This document shows positions 22,690 through 37,146 of a stretch of 64,000 bases of DNA, one piece after another. Every line of letters begins with the position of its first letter. Within the stretch, counting starts at the first letter, position 1. The notes under the pieces are model-generated. The model made no database searches, was not told the DNA's origin, and saw nothing but the letters and a program-made list of their open reading frames with translations. A program made the translations under genes and the position numbers. The stretch is from Neocallimastix sp. 'constans'. Lineage: Eukaryota. Location of the stretch: the NCBI GenBank assembly GCA_050613775.1, contig JBODTK010000146.1, positions 186,001-250,000 of the forward strand, read 5' to 3'.

Positions 22690-23245
22690 AAAGATTAAGA
22701 TATTTGGAATTTATCTTATTTATACTGATTGTGGCTTGATAAAATCCAATGAAATTATAATAAGTCCAAATAAAATAATAATAAAACAAAGGGAAATATC
22801 TCTATAATATAGAATATGAAGAAAATTCATCTAATGAAGAAGTTTCTATTGAAGAGATGAAAGCCATGTATAATAAAAGTTTTGACAATATCGAAACTAT
22901 AAGAAAATCGAATTATCAAAATCTTCATGAAGATTAAACAGAGCCTTGTATATAATTATTTACTTACCATCTAGATGATGAAACAATATGAACTTTTGAT
23001 AAAGGTGCTTCTGAACACATTACTAACAATAAAAATATTCTTTCTAACTTTAAATAAGAAAATCTGACATTAAAATGTGTAAACAACTTTCTCTATAAAT
23101 TTGAAAATATTGGAACCTATGTTTGGCATCAAATTAGAAAATGTCATATGCTTGAAAGATGTCAATAAAGATCTATTAGGTGGAATTAAACATATAAAAA
23201 ATGGTATGAAGTGTGATCTAAAATCCAGGAACAACAAAGTCTACC
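22690..23245 (+). mobile_element. Degraded Ty1/copia gag-pol fragment (protease region)
   Basis: *TFDKGASEHITNNKNILSNFK*ENLTLKCVNN from 22989 resembles the copia protease motif W-x-x-DSGA-S-x-H; stops present; no LTR, integrase or RT seen; boundaries approximate. Confidence 0.65.
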
Positions 23246-23436
23246 TTATATTAAAATTATTTTTTTTTTTTTTTTTTTTATTTTTAATTTTAATATAAGG
23301 TAGACTTTATTGTTCCTGGATTTTAAAATAAATATTAATATATTAATAGACTTATATTAAAATTATTTTTTTTTTTATTTTTTTTTTTTTTTTTTAATTT
23401 TAATATAAGTCTATTAATATATTAATATTTATTTTA
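23219..23436. repeat. Two abutting inverted repeats with 41-42 bp arms and poly-T loops
   Basis: Arms 23219-23259 / 23285-23325 (1 mismatch) and 23324-23365 / 23395-23436 (perfect). Confidence 0.9.
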
Positions 23437-23667
23437 TTAAAAGTTTATTAATTTATAATTATTTTTGGTAATTACAAAGTTTGAAAAATTTTACTAATTG
23501 TGGCTTGTTAGTAATACAAAGAAATTAAATAAATTAATAATAAAATTTTGTATTTCAAATACAAGATTAATTTACAATTAATGAAATAATATAATTAATA
23601 AGCAGATTTAATTAACTTCATATTAATTCTTGTTTATTTATTTATATATTTATTTATTTATTTATTT

Positions 23668-24336
<669 letters not shown>

Positions 24337-26302
24337 TCGAAAATATATAATCCATACAATTTACATTTATATATTTTATTAACAAAATAGTTTTAAATAT
24401 AAAAACATATAAAAACGAAAGTTTATATAAAATTAATGATTTCTATTAATAAATTTATTTTTATTTATAACTTTAACTCATAATTAATATTAATTTTTCA
24501 ATTCCGTTTAACAATAATGTAAATATTTATTTTAAATGAAAATTTTAAAACAAAATGAATCTATTACAAAAATATTGTTTTAAAATGAACAAATAATATT
24601 AAATATGAAAAATATATATATTAATTATAATATTATTTGATTCTATGATACAATAATATTATAAAATTCATCTACAATACTTTGTTGGACTTAAATATAT
24701 CCTCATTAATTTAATAAATAAAAAATATATATTTTTCAAACTAAAAATTTTAATTTTATGGTTTAATTTTTTTTTTTTTTTTTAATTATTTAGGCAAATT
24801 ATTACTATGAATTGTTTTAATTTATAAATTTTAAATTATGATAATTAATATTATTAATATATACTGCAAAACCTTTTTTTTTTTAATTTTATTATATCAT
24901 ATCTTTTTTTATATCTTTTTTTTTTTTTTTTTGGTTTGTTTGTTTAAATGAATATAATGATAATATTGTTGGTAACTAAAATATATTGAATAACAATAAA
25001 ATAATATTTTTATATTGAACATTAAAATGATTTAATCTGTAAAATATATAATTATTTCAGAATATAAAAATTAATTGTTATTTATTAATTTTATTTTAAT
25101 TGTATTTAATAATCAATAAATCAATATCAAATACTAATTGCCTTTCATTAATGATATATTATTAATATTATAACTTTATTTTATTTATAATATATTATTG
25201 AAAACTTTTAGTACTTTAATAATTTTATTTAATAATTAAATAAAATTAATTACTCTATATCTATTTATAAATATAATGTATGGTATAGATTTTTATGTTT
25301 TTTTTTTTTTAAAAAAATTTAATAAATATGTAATGTAATAATAAAATTTTAATATATTTATATTAACATATACAATTATTAATATATGGAACCTATCAAT
25401 ATTTTAAAATATTTTAACTTTTTACAATATATTAAAAAATTTTTTAATTTAAATTAAATATATTATTTAAAACATAAAATAAATTATGCACATTAATATA
25501 TTGTAATATATATTATATAAATATATATATTCACTAATTGACAATTGACAATAGAATAGTTCTTTAATAAAAAATCAGTTAAGTTTTAGGAATTTTGTTA
25601 ACATTTGTTCTGTCATTAATATGTATTTGGATATTGATAATATATATTTAATATATTATGTTTTTAATTCATAATTTAATCCTTCAAATTAGCATTTAAT
25701 TACATATTTTATTATAATTGAAGATTTTTTTAATAATAATTTGGCCTACCTAATTTTTTTTTTATTATTACGAAATCTAAAAATAAATAATTATAAATAA
25801 AAAACATTAAAACTAAATAAACAGAATATTAAAATATTAATATAATATATATATATACATTTTTTTTAATAATATAAACAAAATTATTTTTCCTTTTAAG
25901 ATTATTTATATATTTAAAGAAAAAGAAAATAATATAAATAAATCTATTAATTTATAAAAAGAAGAAAAATAAAATAATCAAAAAGCATTTTTATTTATAA
26001 ATTAAATTTATCAAAATTATTCTTTTAGAAATATATTTATTAACTTAAACACATAATAATTTAATTCTATAAATCAACATATATATAATTACATATAAAG
26101 CAAAATATTATATATTAAATTACTTCATAACTTCATATAATATTAAATATATATAGAAAGATACACTTAATATATATTGTATAACAAATAACAGAAAAAG
26201 ATAAAATATTATTATATTTATTATTTAAAAAAAATATATATATTTTAAAAATTATTATATATTAGATTATAAATTATATTATAAAATAAAATAAATATAA
26301 AA

Positions 26303-28331
26303 ATGACTGTAGTAGTTCCAGTTGATGATGATATAAATGATATCGGTCCAAATTCAAATTATAAAGGTACAATTAAAATTGTATTAAAATATATAAACTA
26401 AATAACAATACTAATAATAATAATAATAATAATATATATAAATTAAATGAATAAATAGTAGAATCACCAAAAGAACAACGAAAGAAGGAAGCTATTAAAC
26501 GTCAAGCAACCTTACCTCATCCTTTAAAACCAAAAGTAGTTGTAGATGAAAATCACCAAAGTTACTTTTTAGTTTTTGGAATGTTAACTGGTATTAAGGT
26601 AAAGAATTTAAAATGTTTATTTGAAATAAATTTATTAAACTTTAAATTTAAATCAGAATAATAAAATTTAAAAAAAAAAAGCAAAATACTTATTAATGTA
26701 CATGTGAAATCTAATTATTTAAATGAAAAAATTAAAATTAGACTTCTGTTATTGAAGCCTCAAAGAAAGCTAAAACTGAAATTAGCCCAGAAGATTTTAC
26801 ATATACCGAAAAATTAAAGATTGATTCTTCAGGTAAAATATTGAAAGAAGGTGAAAAATATGATTTTGAATTTAAGGATTATGCTCCTAATGTATTCAAA
26901 AAAATAAGAGAAAATTCAAATATCAACTGTGATGATTATGTTAAATCTATTAGTGATAAATTCATGCTCTTAGAACTTTCATCTCCAGGTAAATCAGGAA
27001 GTTTCTTCTATTTTTCACCAGATTATCGTTATTTAATCAAAACAGTAAAATATAATGAACACCATCACTTCTTTAAAAATTTAGAAAAATATTATAAAGT
27101 AATATAAATAAATATAAAATATATATATTTTTTACAGTAGATAATATATACTTATTATCTTTTATTATTTTCTTTTATTAATTATAGTATTTAGAGGCCA
27201 ATCCAAATTCATTAATAATGAGTATTTATGGTCTTTATCGTTTAAAGGCTGACGGTCATAAGATGTACTTCATTGTTATGCAGTATGTATAAAAATTTTT
27301 ATTATGTATAATCTTTGGTTTTGTTAATATTAAATATTAATGAATTAAAATTCAATATATGTTTTTTTTTTTTTTTTTACCTTTATTTTAAATAGAAATG
27401 TATACCCACCAAATAAAGATATGCATAGAATGTATGATTTAAAGGGTTCAATGTACGGTCGATTCGTTCCACTTCCATCAGAAGAAAAGAATTATGCTCG
27501 TACTATCTTTAAAGATAAAAATTGGACAGATGAAAATCGTCATTTAATTCTTGGACCAGATAAACGCAAACTTCTATTAGAACAATTAGAAAAGGATTCT
27601 AAATTTTTACAAACTATGGGTGTAATGGATTATAGTTTATTGGTGGGTATTCACTTACGTAATAAGGGTAATAGTGAAAATATTCGTTCAAGACTTTTGG
27701 CAACTTTTGCTGCTGTATTAGCTACTGTAAAATCAAAAAATTCTAATAAAAAAGGTTCAGTATTTGAACGCAGAATAACAAATTTACCTGATGATGATAA
27801 TGATAAGTAAGTTTATATAAATATATGTTAATAAAATCAAATTTAAATCATTAACTTGTATTTGATTTTGAAATTTTTTTTAGAAATGAAAATGAAAATG
27901 AGAATGAAAGTGAAAAGAAGGATGAATCAATATTTAATAATGAAGATGGAGGTTTTATTTCAACAAATGAAAATAATGAAATTCAAAATGAAGCTTATTA
28001 TATGGGTATCATTGATTATTTAGTTCCATGGAGCTTTAAAAAGTTTATTGAGCATTACTTTAAAACAATATTTTTATTCCAGGTAATTATGAATATAATT
28101 TAATAATTAGTTAAAAAAAATATTAATAAAAATTTTTTATATATTATATATATATATAATATATAATTTATTTATTTATTTATTTATTTATTATAGAGAA
28201 ATATATCAGCAGTTAATCCAAAAGATTATGGCAAAAGATTCTATAAATTTGCTGAGGATAAAATTATATCACCATTACCAAATGAAAAAACAGAAATAAT
28301 TAAAGAACCAAGCACAGAAACTACTAACTAA
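26303..28331 (+). CDS. Phosphatidylinositol-4-phosphate 5-kinase (Mss4/Its3 family), multi-exon
   Basis: GMLTGIK, FEFKDYAPNVFKKIRE, SSPGKSGSFFYFSPDYRYLIKT, MYDLKGS, MDYSLLVGIH, YYMGIIDYL, ISAVNPKDYGKRF; GT-AG introns keep frame; stop at 28329-28331. Confidence 0.93.
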
Positions 28332-29304
28332 TTTATAACTATAATTAATTTAATATTTTTTTTATATATATATATATGGATATATATATATATATTCTTT
28401 AAAAAAAAAAAATAAAAATAATATTTATCAAACTAATAATATATATTTAATAAAAATATATATTTTAATATTTAAATCTTTATTTTATTAAGTAATATTT
28501 AAATTAAGACATTAAATAAATAAAAGAAAAAAAAATTCATTAATTTAAGAAAAACGATATTTTAAAAATATAATAATTATATAAAAAGGAAAAGAAAAAC
28601 TAGAAGAAAAAAAATTAGCTGGCATATTAATCAAAGATAAGAAAAATATTCATATTCATATTATTATTTTAAAATAAATTTAAATATTACTTTTTTGGTA
28701 TTTATAATAAATTTTACAGGCGTAATTACAATTTTAATAATAATAAATATATATTTATTAATTAGAAGAAATAAGAAAAAGAAAATAATTAAAAAAAAAA
28801 AAAAAGAAAAAAAAAAAGAAAAAAATAAAAAATACTTTTTTTTAATATATACTCTATATATACTTAAATTTATTTTATGTTAATAGGTGTGTATATTTTT
28901 TTTTAATAAAAATTATATATATATTATAACTTTTAGTTATTGTTTTTTAAACATTGTTATCAAACAAATGTTTATTATAAAAAATTATAAAGAAAAATTA
29001 GGCAATTTTTTATATACTTTTTATAATAAATAATACAAATAATTTGATAATCAATCTTTCAAAAAAAAAAAATAATAACTAAATCAAACCTATCTTAAAA
29101 AAGATATATGAAAGAAAAAAAATCCAAAAATTTAAATAAAGCGAAAAATAAATAACAGTAAAACTATAGTAATAATAAAAAAAATAATATTAATAGAAAT
29201 AATAATCGAAATAAATATATAAAAATAGAAATTAGATTTATAAATAAAAATGAAAATGAAAATGAAAATGAAAATAGAAAATAGAAAATAGAAAATAGAA
29301 AATT

Positions 29305-29358
<54 letters not shown>

Positions 29359-29509
29359 TAAAAATAAGAATAAGAATAAATAAATAAAATAAAATAAAAT
29401 AAAATAAAATAAAATAAAAATTAAAATAAAGAAATTAAAAATTAAAATTAAAATAAAATAAAATAAAATAAAATAAAAATAAAATAAAAATTTAAAAAAT
29501 AAAAAAAAA

Positions 29510-29540
<31 letters not shown>

Positions 29541-30657
29541 TTAATTACAAATTAATATCAAATAAAATTTAAACAATAAAAATTATAATAAATAAATAAA
29601 GCTAAAGTTCGCAATACTTGCAACTATAAATAATAATAATAATAGAAATAAAAATAAAAATAATAAAAATTAAAATATTATAACAAAAATGAATATTAAT
29701 TTTTTGTATATATTTTTTTTTTTTTTTTTTTTTTTACTTAATAATCATTACTTATATAGAACAAATAAGATTTAATTAAATAAATGAAATAATATTAATA
29801 TATACTAAAGTTTTTTTAGTATGGTATAATTTTAATATCATTTTAATTTCTAATGTTCATTATAGAATATTACTAATTAATTATCAAAATATCCTTTAAA
29901 TAGTATAATAAAGAAAGAAAGAAAGAAAATTCGCAATTACATTAGACAATATATCAAAGAAGAATTTCAATTATCTGACCTTTGAGTTCATTTAATATAT
30001 ATAATAACAGATGTTCTGTTCTTTCCACAACCAATCAATAAAAAGTGAATTTAGTGATATTTATTTTTTTTGATCGTATAAGAGAATATTATGATTATTA
30101 TATTATCATTTTAAGATATTTCTTCTTTGGTAGAAATTGTTTATAAAAGACATTATAAACCATAAACCATGATTACTTTAAAATTTTTCAGTACATTACA
30201 TTCATTTTTTATATAAATTTTATTTAGTAATAATTTTTATTATGTTTAAACTTTATATATTTATATTATCTTCCAGATTTTATGAATATATCTACGATAA
30301 ATTAATTATAATAAATATTAATTATTAATAAAATATATTTATTTATAATAGAAATATATTTTCTAATAATCTATATATACAATAAATAAACATTATATTA
30401 CCATAAATCTGGCTTTTTAAGCTTATTTTTTAATATTAAAGTTAATTTATCAAGTAAATCTGTTCCCTTCAAAAAAGTAATTTAATTTTAATCCATTTCA
30501 ATGTTATCATAATTAAAATTTCAAGGTATTAAATGTTAAAATGTTAAACTTTTTTTTTAATATAAATATTTAGAAATTTAAAGTATTATAAACTTTAATA
30601 AAATGAAGTTCAAAATTTACATGACATAAAATATACATATTAAGGGGAAAAATTAAA

Positions 30658-30698
<41 letters not shown>

Positions 30699-32544
30699 AT
30701 TTAAATAACAATACAATAATTTATAGATATAATTTATAATTTTTTAAAATATATATATTAATTTAAATAAAAATAAAGTCTAATGATAATTTTTTTTTTT
30801 TTTTTTATTTTTATTATATTTTATTTTTTTTTTTTTTTTTTTTTTTTGAATAGTAAATATAATAATTAATATAATAATATTTCTAAAATAAAATTAATAT
30901 CATTATATAGTATTTATTTATTTACTTTATATATATATATATTTATTTATTTATTTATTTATTTATGATATATTTAAATTTATAAAATTTTGTTAAATAT
31001 AACATTAATTTATTAATTATTTGATATTTTAAAGAAAATTATATACTTTTTGTTATAATTTCTTATATTATCTATTATAATAATTAAAATTATAAATATA
31101 TATATTAATAAAACAGTAGTAGGATGTTATTTAACTAAATTTAAAAAAAAAAATATAACAGAAGTCAATACATGAATAAACTGAAAAAGAAGTTTAATTG
31201 ACTTCTATTCCTTTCATGAACCATTTAATGTGGAATGTGAACTATTATTATTGGTTACCAAAGTATTACTAAAGGAATTTTAATCTGCAAAATCAAAACT
31301 TTGCTAAATAATAATTTGTTATTGGATATTTTAATATCAATAATACCACATTAATTTTAATTTTAAATATAATAATTATATTTATTATTTTTTAATAATT
31401 TTTAATATACCCACTTTTATCAAATTTTAATTATAATATATGTTTATATATTACATAATAGTTAACACTTTTCATCTCTAATTTTAAAAAAAAAAAAGAA
31501 AATTATTATATTTATTCCTTTGTTATTATTAGTATCAAGTTATAATTAATATATTTTATTTATTTAAACTGTTATTCATTAACTTTTGATATAAATAAAT
31601 TCAATATTTTGTTCTTCTTTTTAAAATATTGTAAAATAATTTCATTTAATTTCATACTAATATAATAATCTTTTTTTTTTTTTTTATTTAAATATTAGAT
31701 ATCATATTAATTAAAATTCTCATAAATACTTCGAAGAAAAAAAAAAACATATATAAATATATCTTATTATAATATCTTAATATTTTATAATAATTATATA
31801 TTATATATATATATTTTTAAAAAAATTTATGAATTAAATATTATATTAAAATCTAAATACATAAAAAAAAAAATGAGACAAGTATAAAGTCATTTGAAAT
31901 TATGTTATTAATTAAATACTAAAAAAATAAAAATATATTTATATACATTAAAAAAAAAATTTTAAAAATTATAATAAATAAAATACGAATATCTACAAAT
32001 ATTCCACGTTTTGTAATTAAAATTAATAATAATAATTATATTGTAATTATATAATTTTTGATTTGACTGATTTAATTGAAAGTATTTAAATGTTGTCTAT
32101 ATATAAAAAGTATAAAAAGTAATAAAATATATATATATATATAATTTGTATTATTCATAATTAAAGTACTAATAAAAAAAATAAATAATATAAAAATATT
32201 TTTCCTTTTTATAATAAAAATACTATTATTAAATATATTTGATAATTAATAATTAATAATAATTATAGTTATATGTTATTTTTAAAAAAAAAAAAAGAAA
32301 TAAAAGTTACTATTAACCAAATTATAAATAATATTATAATAATTAATATCTTTTTTGATTTAAATTTTATAATGAATATTAAAACCTTATTTAATCATAC
32401 GAATTTAAATTTTTCTACCAAAAGTTCATATTTATTATTTAAATTATATGTATATAAGTATGTATACAGGATTAATTAATACATTAATTATTTTTAAAAT
32501 ATTAAAAAATTTATTAATAAAATTTAATATTTTCTTCTGGTACA

Positions 32545-32580
<36 letters not shown>

Positions 32581-32692
32581 TTATATATATAATTTTTCTT
32601 ATGGAGTAATTATTTTTTCAAATACGTATTTTTTTTTATTATTATTAGATTTACTTCTTTTCCAATTTTATATTTTATAAAAAATTTTTAAT

Positions 32693-33334
32693 ATGAATGA
32701 AATTACCTTCAGACGTGTAAGAAAGGATGAATTAGAGAAATGCCTTGATATTTTATATGAAGCATTTAAAGATTATTCAATATATCACATAATTATTCCA
32801 AATTCTGAAGCTAATCATGGCAAATTTAATAGAGCCCTTTTATCTTGCCAATTAACTGATTCCATGGCAAATGGTATAGTAATGGTTGCTGAACGTGAAG
32901 GTGAAATTATTTCTGTTATACAATTACATAGTCCAGAATATAAGGAAACAACTGTTTTTCAATATCTTTTTTTGGGAGCATTTACAGTTTTTAGATACGG
33001 TGGAATTGGAAAAAGTTTATCATTTATAAATATGGTTAATCAATGTTATTCTACTAATGTAGAATATGCTAAAAACAATCCAAATTGTTGGGATTTAGAA
33101 TGTCTTGCTGTTAAAAAAAAGTATCAAGGACAAGGTATTGGTAGTCAAGTAATACAAGAATGTATTATTCCTTATGTTAAAAAGGAAGGTGGTAAGTGTA
33201 TTACACTTATTACAAACGAAGAAAGAAATACATATTTCTACAAAAAAAATGGCTTTGAACTTATTAATGATGTTGAAAAGTTTAATTACGACGATAAAAC
33301 TCTTTGTAATTGGAACTTCAAAAAAGATCTCTAA
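32693..33334 (+). CDS. GNAT-family N-acetyltransferase, intronless, 213 aa
   Basis: Acetyl-CoA-binding motif A LAVKKKYQGQGIGS and C-terminal N-x-x-FYKKNGF. Confidence 0.88.
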   Translation: MNEITFRRVRKDELEKCLDILYEAFKDYSIYHIIIPNSEANHGKFNRALLSCQLTDSMANGIVMVAEREGEIISVIQLHSPEYKETTVFQYLFLGAFTVFRYGGIGKSLSFINMVNQCYSTNVEYAKNNPNCWDLECLAVKKKYQGQGIGSQVIQECIIPYVKKEGGKCITLITNEERNTYFYKKNGFELINDVEKFNYDDKTLCNWNFKKDL

Positions 33335-33335
33335 A

Positions 33336-33358
33336 TTATTATTATTATTATTATTATA

Positions 33359-33449
<91 letters not shown>
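33336..33449. repeat. (TTA)n microsatellite directly after the GNAT stop codon
   Basis: Direct reading. Confidence 0.9.
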
Positions 33450-33450
<1 letters not shown>

Positions 33451-34479
33451 AAAATAAGAAAAGTAATTAAAATAATATTCATATATTATAAAGAGAACAC
33501 AGAAAAAAATATATAGTACTAAAAAATTCCAAAATTAAATTTAAAGCAAGTAGTTCATTTATTATTTAAAAATTTTAATATTTTTAAAAAAAAGTAAAAT
33601 ATATATATATATATATATATATATGTTAATTAAATGTATTATTTATATTAATAAATCTAAATTTTCAAACAAATTATAAGTTATTATTTTTTATTTCTTA
33701 TGTTTGTAACTTATTACTATTGGTAATTATCAATAGTAATAAAAAAAGTTTAAATATAATAATGATCTTTCTTACTAAATTACTAAATTAATTAAAAAAA
33801 TGAAATAAAATAAAATAAAAGAAGTATTATATTTAATATTTATATAGAATTATTAATATTTAAAACATGATAGTATGGTAGGATGGAGATATACTTAATA
33901 ATAATCAAAATAAAAAAAAAAAAAAAATTATATTTATATATTGTTATTAATAACAACAAAGAGAATAACGACAACAATAATAATAAAAATAAATATATAT
34001 TAAATTAATGTACAAAATTTTAAAATTTATGATAAAATAATTAAAAAAAAATATTGTTATGTGAATAAAATAATATTTTACAATTATTAGTTATAAATTA
34101 TAGGTATATTTAAATTAATAATATACAATTTTAATTTCAATTTTTTAAATAAATAAATAAATAAACAATCAAATAAATAATAATTAATTAATTAATTAAT
34201 TGAAATTATTTGAATAATTAAATAAATAGATTTTATTAATAAATTAAATTCATATATAAGAAATGTAAAATAATTTTGGTAATATATAAATATTTTTAGT
34301 AAAAAATTTATAACTACTTCTGTCCAAGTTATTTTGGTAATTATATATATAAATAGCAATTGAATTGATATTTCAAAAAGTCAATTTATTTGAAAATATT
34401 AATAATATTATTATTATTAATTTTTATTATTATAATATATAATTATAATCAACATCATATCATTATTAACTTTGTTAAA

Positions 34480-35138
34480 ATGGAATATTTAGCTTCAGAA
34501 GAAGGTGACAAATTATTAGTATGATATTATTCTAATAGTAAAATGATTTTAACTTTATTATATAAACTTTATAATGAATTGAAAGGTGATAGAGTTTTTA
34601 TTATAGAGGAATATGCTTAACCTAGTAATATGGTAAAGAAAGAATTTGAAATAATTTTATAAAAATCTTTGAAAAAAAAATTTCTTATTAATAATAATAA
34701 TGAATCAAATGATAGTTCTAGTTATGAAGAGTCAACTGATAAATCAAACAATAATTCGGATAATGAGTAAAACAATAGTTCTAGTAATGAGAAGTCAACT
34801 GATAAATTAAATAATGATTCGAATAATGAATCTGAAAAGGAATGTTCTACTCTGTATGAATTTGCTAAAAACTTATTTTAAAAATATTCCATTGAAAAGA
34901 AAATTAAATGTTAATACTTTTAGTTATGTTTATAATCATAATTTAAAGATATATATTGATTTAAAGGATGTTCCAATAACTTATTATGGTAATGATAATG
35001 ATGAACATTTATCATTATCACCTTTAGTGTTACTATTACTATTATTTAGAGGAATTGGTGGTAATAATTATCAAAAGATTTATTATAATTATGATTTAGT
35101 AGGTTCATGGACTCAAAATGTTAGTTCTTTACAAGTTA

Positions 35139-35194
<56 letters not shown>

Positions 35195-35270
35195 ATTATA
35201 AAAGATTTAGGCCAAATTTTGTAACGGAAGAAGTACTAAGTATAGATGAAGAAAGAAGGAAAAAGATATG
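34480..35270 (+). pseudogene. Degenerate coding-like segment of unknown family
   Basis: Codon-like composition (MEYLASEEGDKLLV*YYSNSKMILTLLYKLYNELKGDRVFIIEEYA*...) broken by stops, frameshifts and a poly-A insertion. Confidence 0.35.
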
Positions 35271-35465
35271 AAAGGTATTAACAAATTATTAATATTTTTA
35301 TAAAAAAAATATGATTATAACAATATTTTATATTAAAGTAATCTTTTATAATAATGCATTTTTAAAGGAAAAGAATTAAAAGTACAATAAAATATTTAGT
35401 TAAAAGTTATATAATATATATATCATTAGTTATTATATATTTTAAGAAAATGATTTTAAATTATG

Positions 35466-35499
<34 letters not shown>

Positions 35500-35897
35500 A
35501 TTTAAAGGTTTATTCATTTATTATTTTATTCATTATTATTTTACTCATTTATTATTTTATTTATCTATCTATTTATTTATTTATTTATTTATTCATTCAT
35601 TCATTCATTTATTATTTTATTTATTTATTTTTTCATTCGTTTATTATTTTATTCATTCATTAATATATTTATTAATTTATTTATTTATTTATTTATTTAT
35701 TTATTCGTTTATAAAAGATTTTTAATGATAATATTTTTTTATAATAAATTATTATTTATTATGCTAATATTTATGTGCTCCTCACACTTCATAAGTCCTC
35801 CGTCCATTATACATACAGAGCAGAATGGCTTTATGAGGGTCCTTTGGAATACTAACACATAAAATATAGCAAATATATGTCAAAATAGCATATTTGA

Positions 35898-37095
35898 TCA
35901 TCTGGAACCAGCGTTGCTATTATTCTCGTTATCGTTGTCAATATTGACTATTTTGCTATTGTCTTTAATTCTTTTGCAGTTGTTGTTATTATTGTTATTA
36001 TTACTCTCATTAATATTATGAGTAGTAGTTGTAGTAGAAATATAAAAATTTAATTTAAATTTAAATTCTTTTCTCAAGACAATAGAATTTTCTTCATTCG
36101 TTTGATATTTATCGCAAAATCCATTAAAATAATATTCTATTGATTTTATATTATTAATTTTCCTAATAAAGGACTTATCTTTTTTTCCACAAAATTGTTT
36201 ATGAGATATAGTTGTAAAAGGTTGGCTTATACTGATATGAAAATTTTTAGTATTAAGAAAAGCAATATTATAGATTTTAAATCCATCTTCTTTATTTGGA
36301 TTATTACATTCTAACCTGATAATAAAATTATCCATGAACTCATTATATCTTCCTAAATATTCAAGTTCTATTTCATCTGTTAAAATGTCATTATATTTAA
36401 TTCTGTTTTTTTTAATTTTATCAGAGCATTTTTTTATATTTGTATCATTTCTTGAAAATAATTTAAATTTTATTAAATAAATTTTTAAGTTATATTTTAC
36501 TTTTTTAAAGGATAATTTAAGATACATATATCTTGATTTACTTTTCATTTTATTATTTTTACTAATTTTATTATTATCGTTATTATTATTATCGTTATTA
36601 TTATTATTAAAGCTATTGTTGGTACTATTAGTATAATCATTTTTATATTTCTTCTCACTATCATTATTTCTATGAATCTTTTTTTCTTCATTCAAATAGT
36701 ATATAAATTTTATAATATCATAATTATTTAAATCATCTATATTATCATCATTATTTGTATTATTATTTTGACTATCATTTTGATTATTTGTATTTTTTAA
36801 ATATTTTTCGAAAAAGTCCTTTAAGTATATTACTGAACTATGATAATATTTAAAAAAATTATCACAACAATAAAAACATTCTATTTCTGAGTTAATGAAA
36901 TTATTATAATTTTCATAGTAATTAATACATGTTTTAATAATTTCTTCTCTATAAATATTTTCATTTGATTTCTTCTTTTTTAATGGTTGTTCATTTACTG
37001 ATTCATATAAGCTTTCACTTACATAGTTTATATCAAATAAATATTCATTATTGATATCCTTATTTTTTTTTCTTTTTTTATTGTTACCAAGAAAC

Positions 37096-37097
<2 letters not shown>
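35898..37097 (-). CDS. Hypothetical protein, 399 aa, Asn-rich linkers; true C-terminus may lie in another frame
   Basis: 1.2-kb open frame in DNA where stops are otherwise very frequent; basic NLS-like clusters KKRKK and PLKKKK; no family recognised. Confidence 0.6.

Positions 37098-37146
<49 letters not shown>

Noticed and set aside
29930..31350. Short higher-GC patches near 29.9-30.2 kb and 31.15-31.35 kb
   Set aside because: No sustained frame or recognisable motif.
35800..35850. ATACAGAG as U6 snRNA, or the stem-loop as SECIS/TPP riboswitch
   Set aside because: Rest of each consensus is absent.
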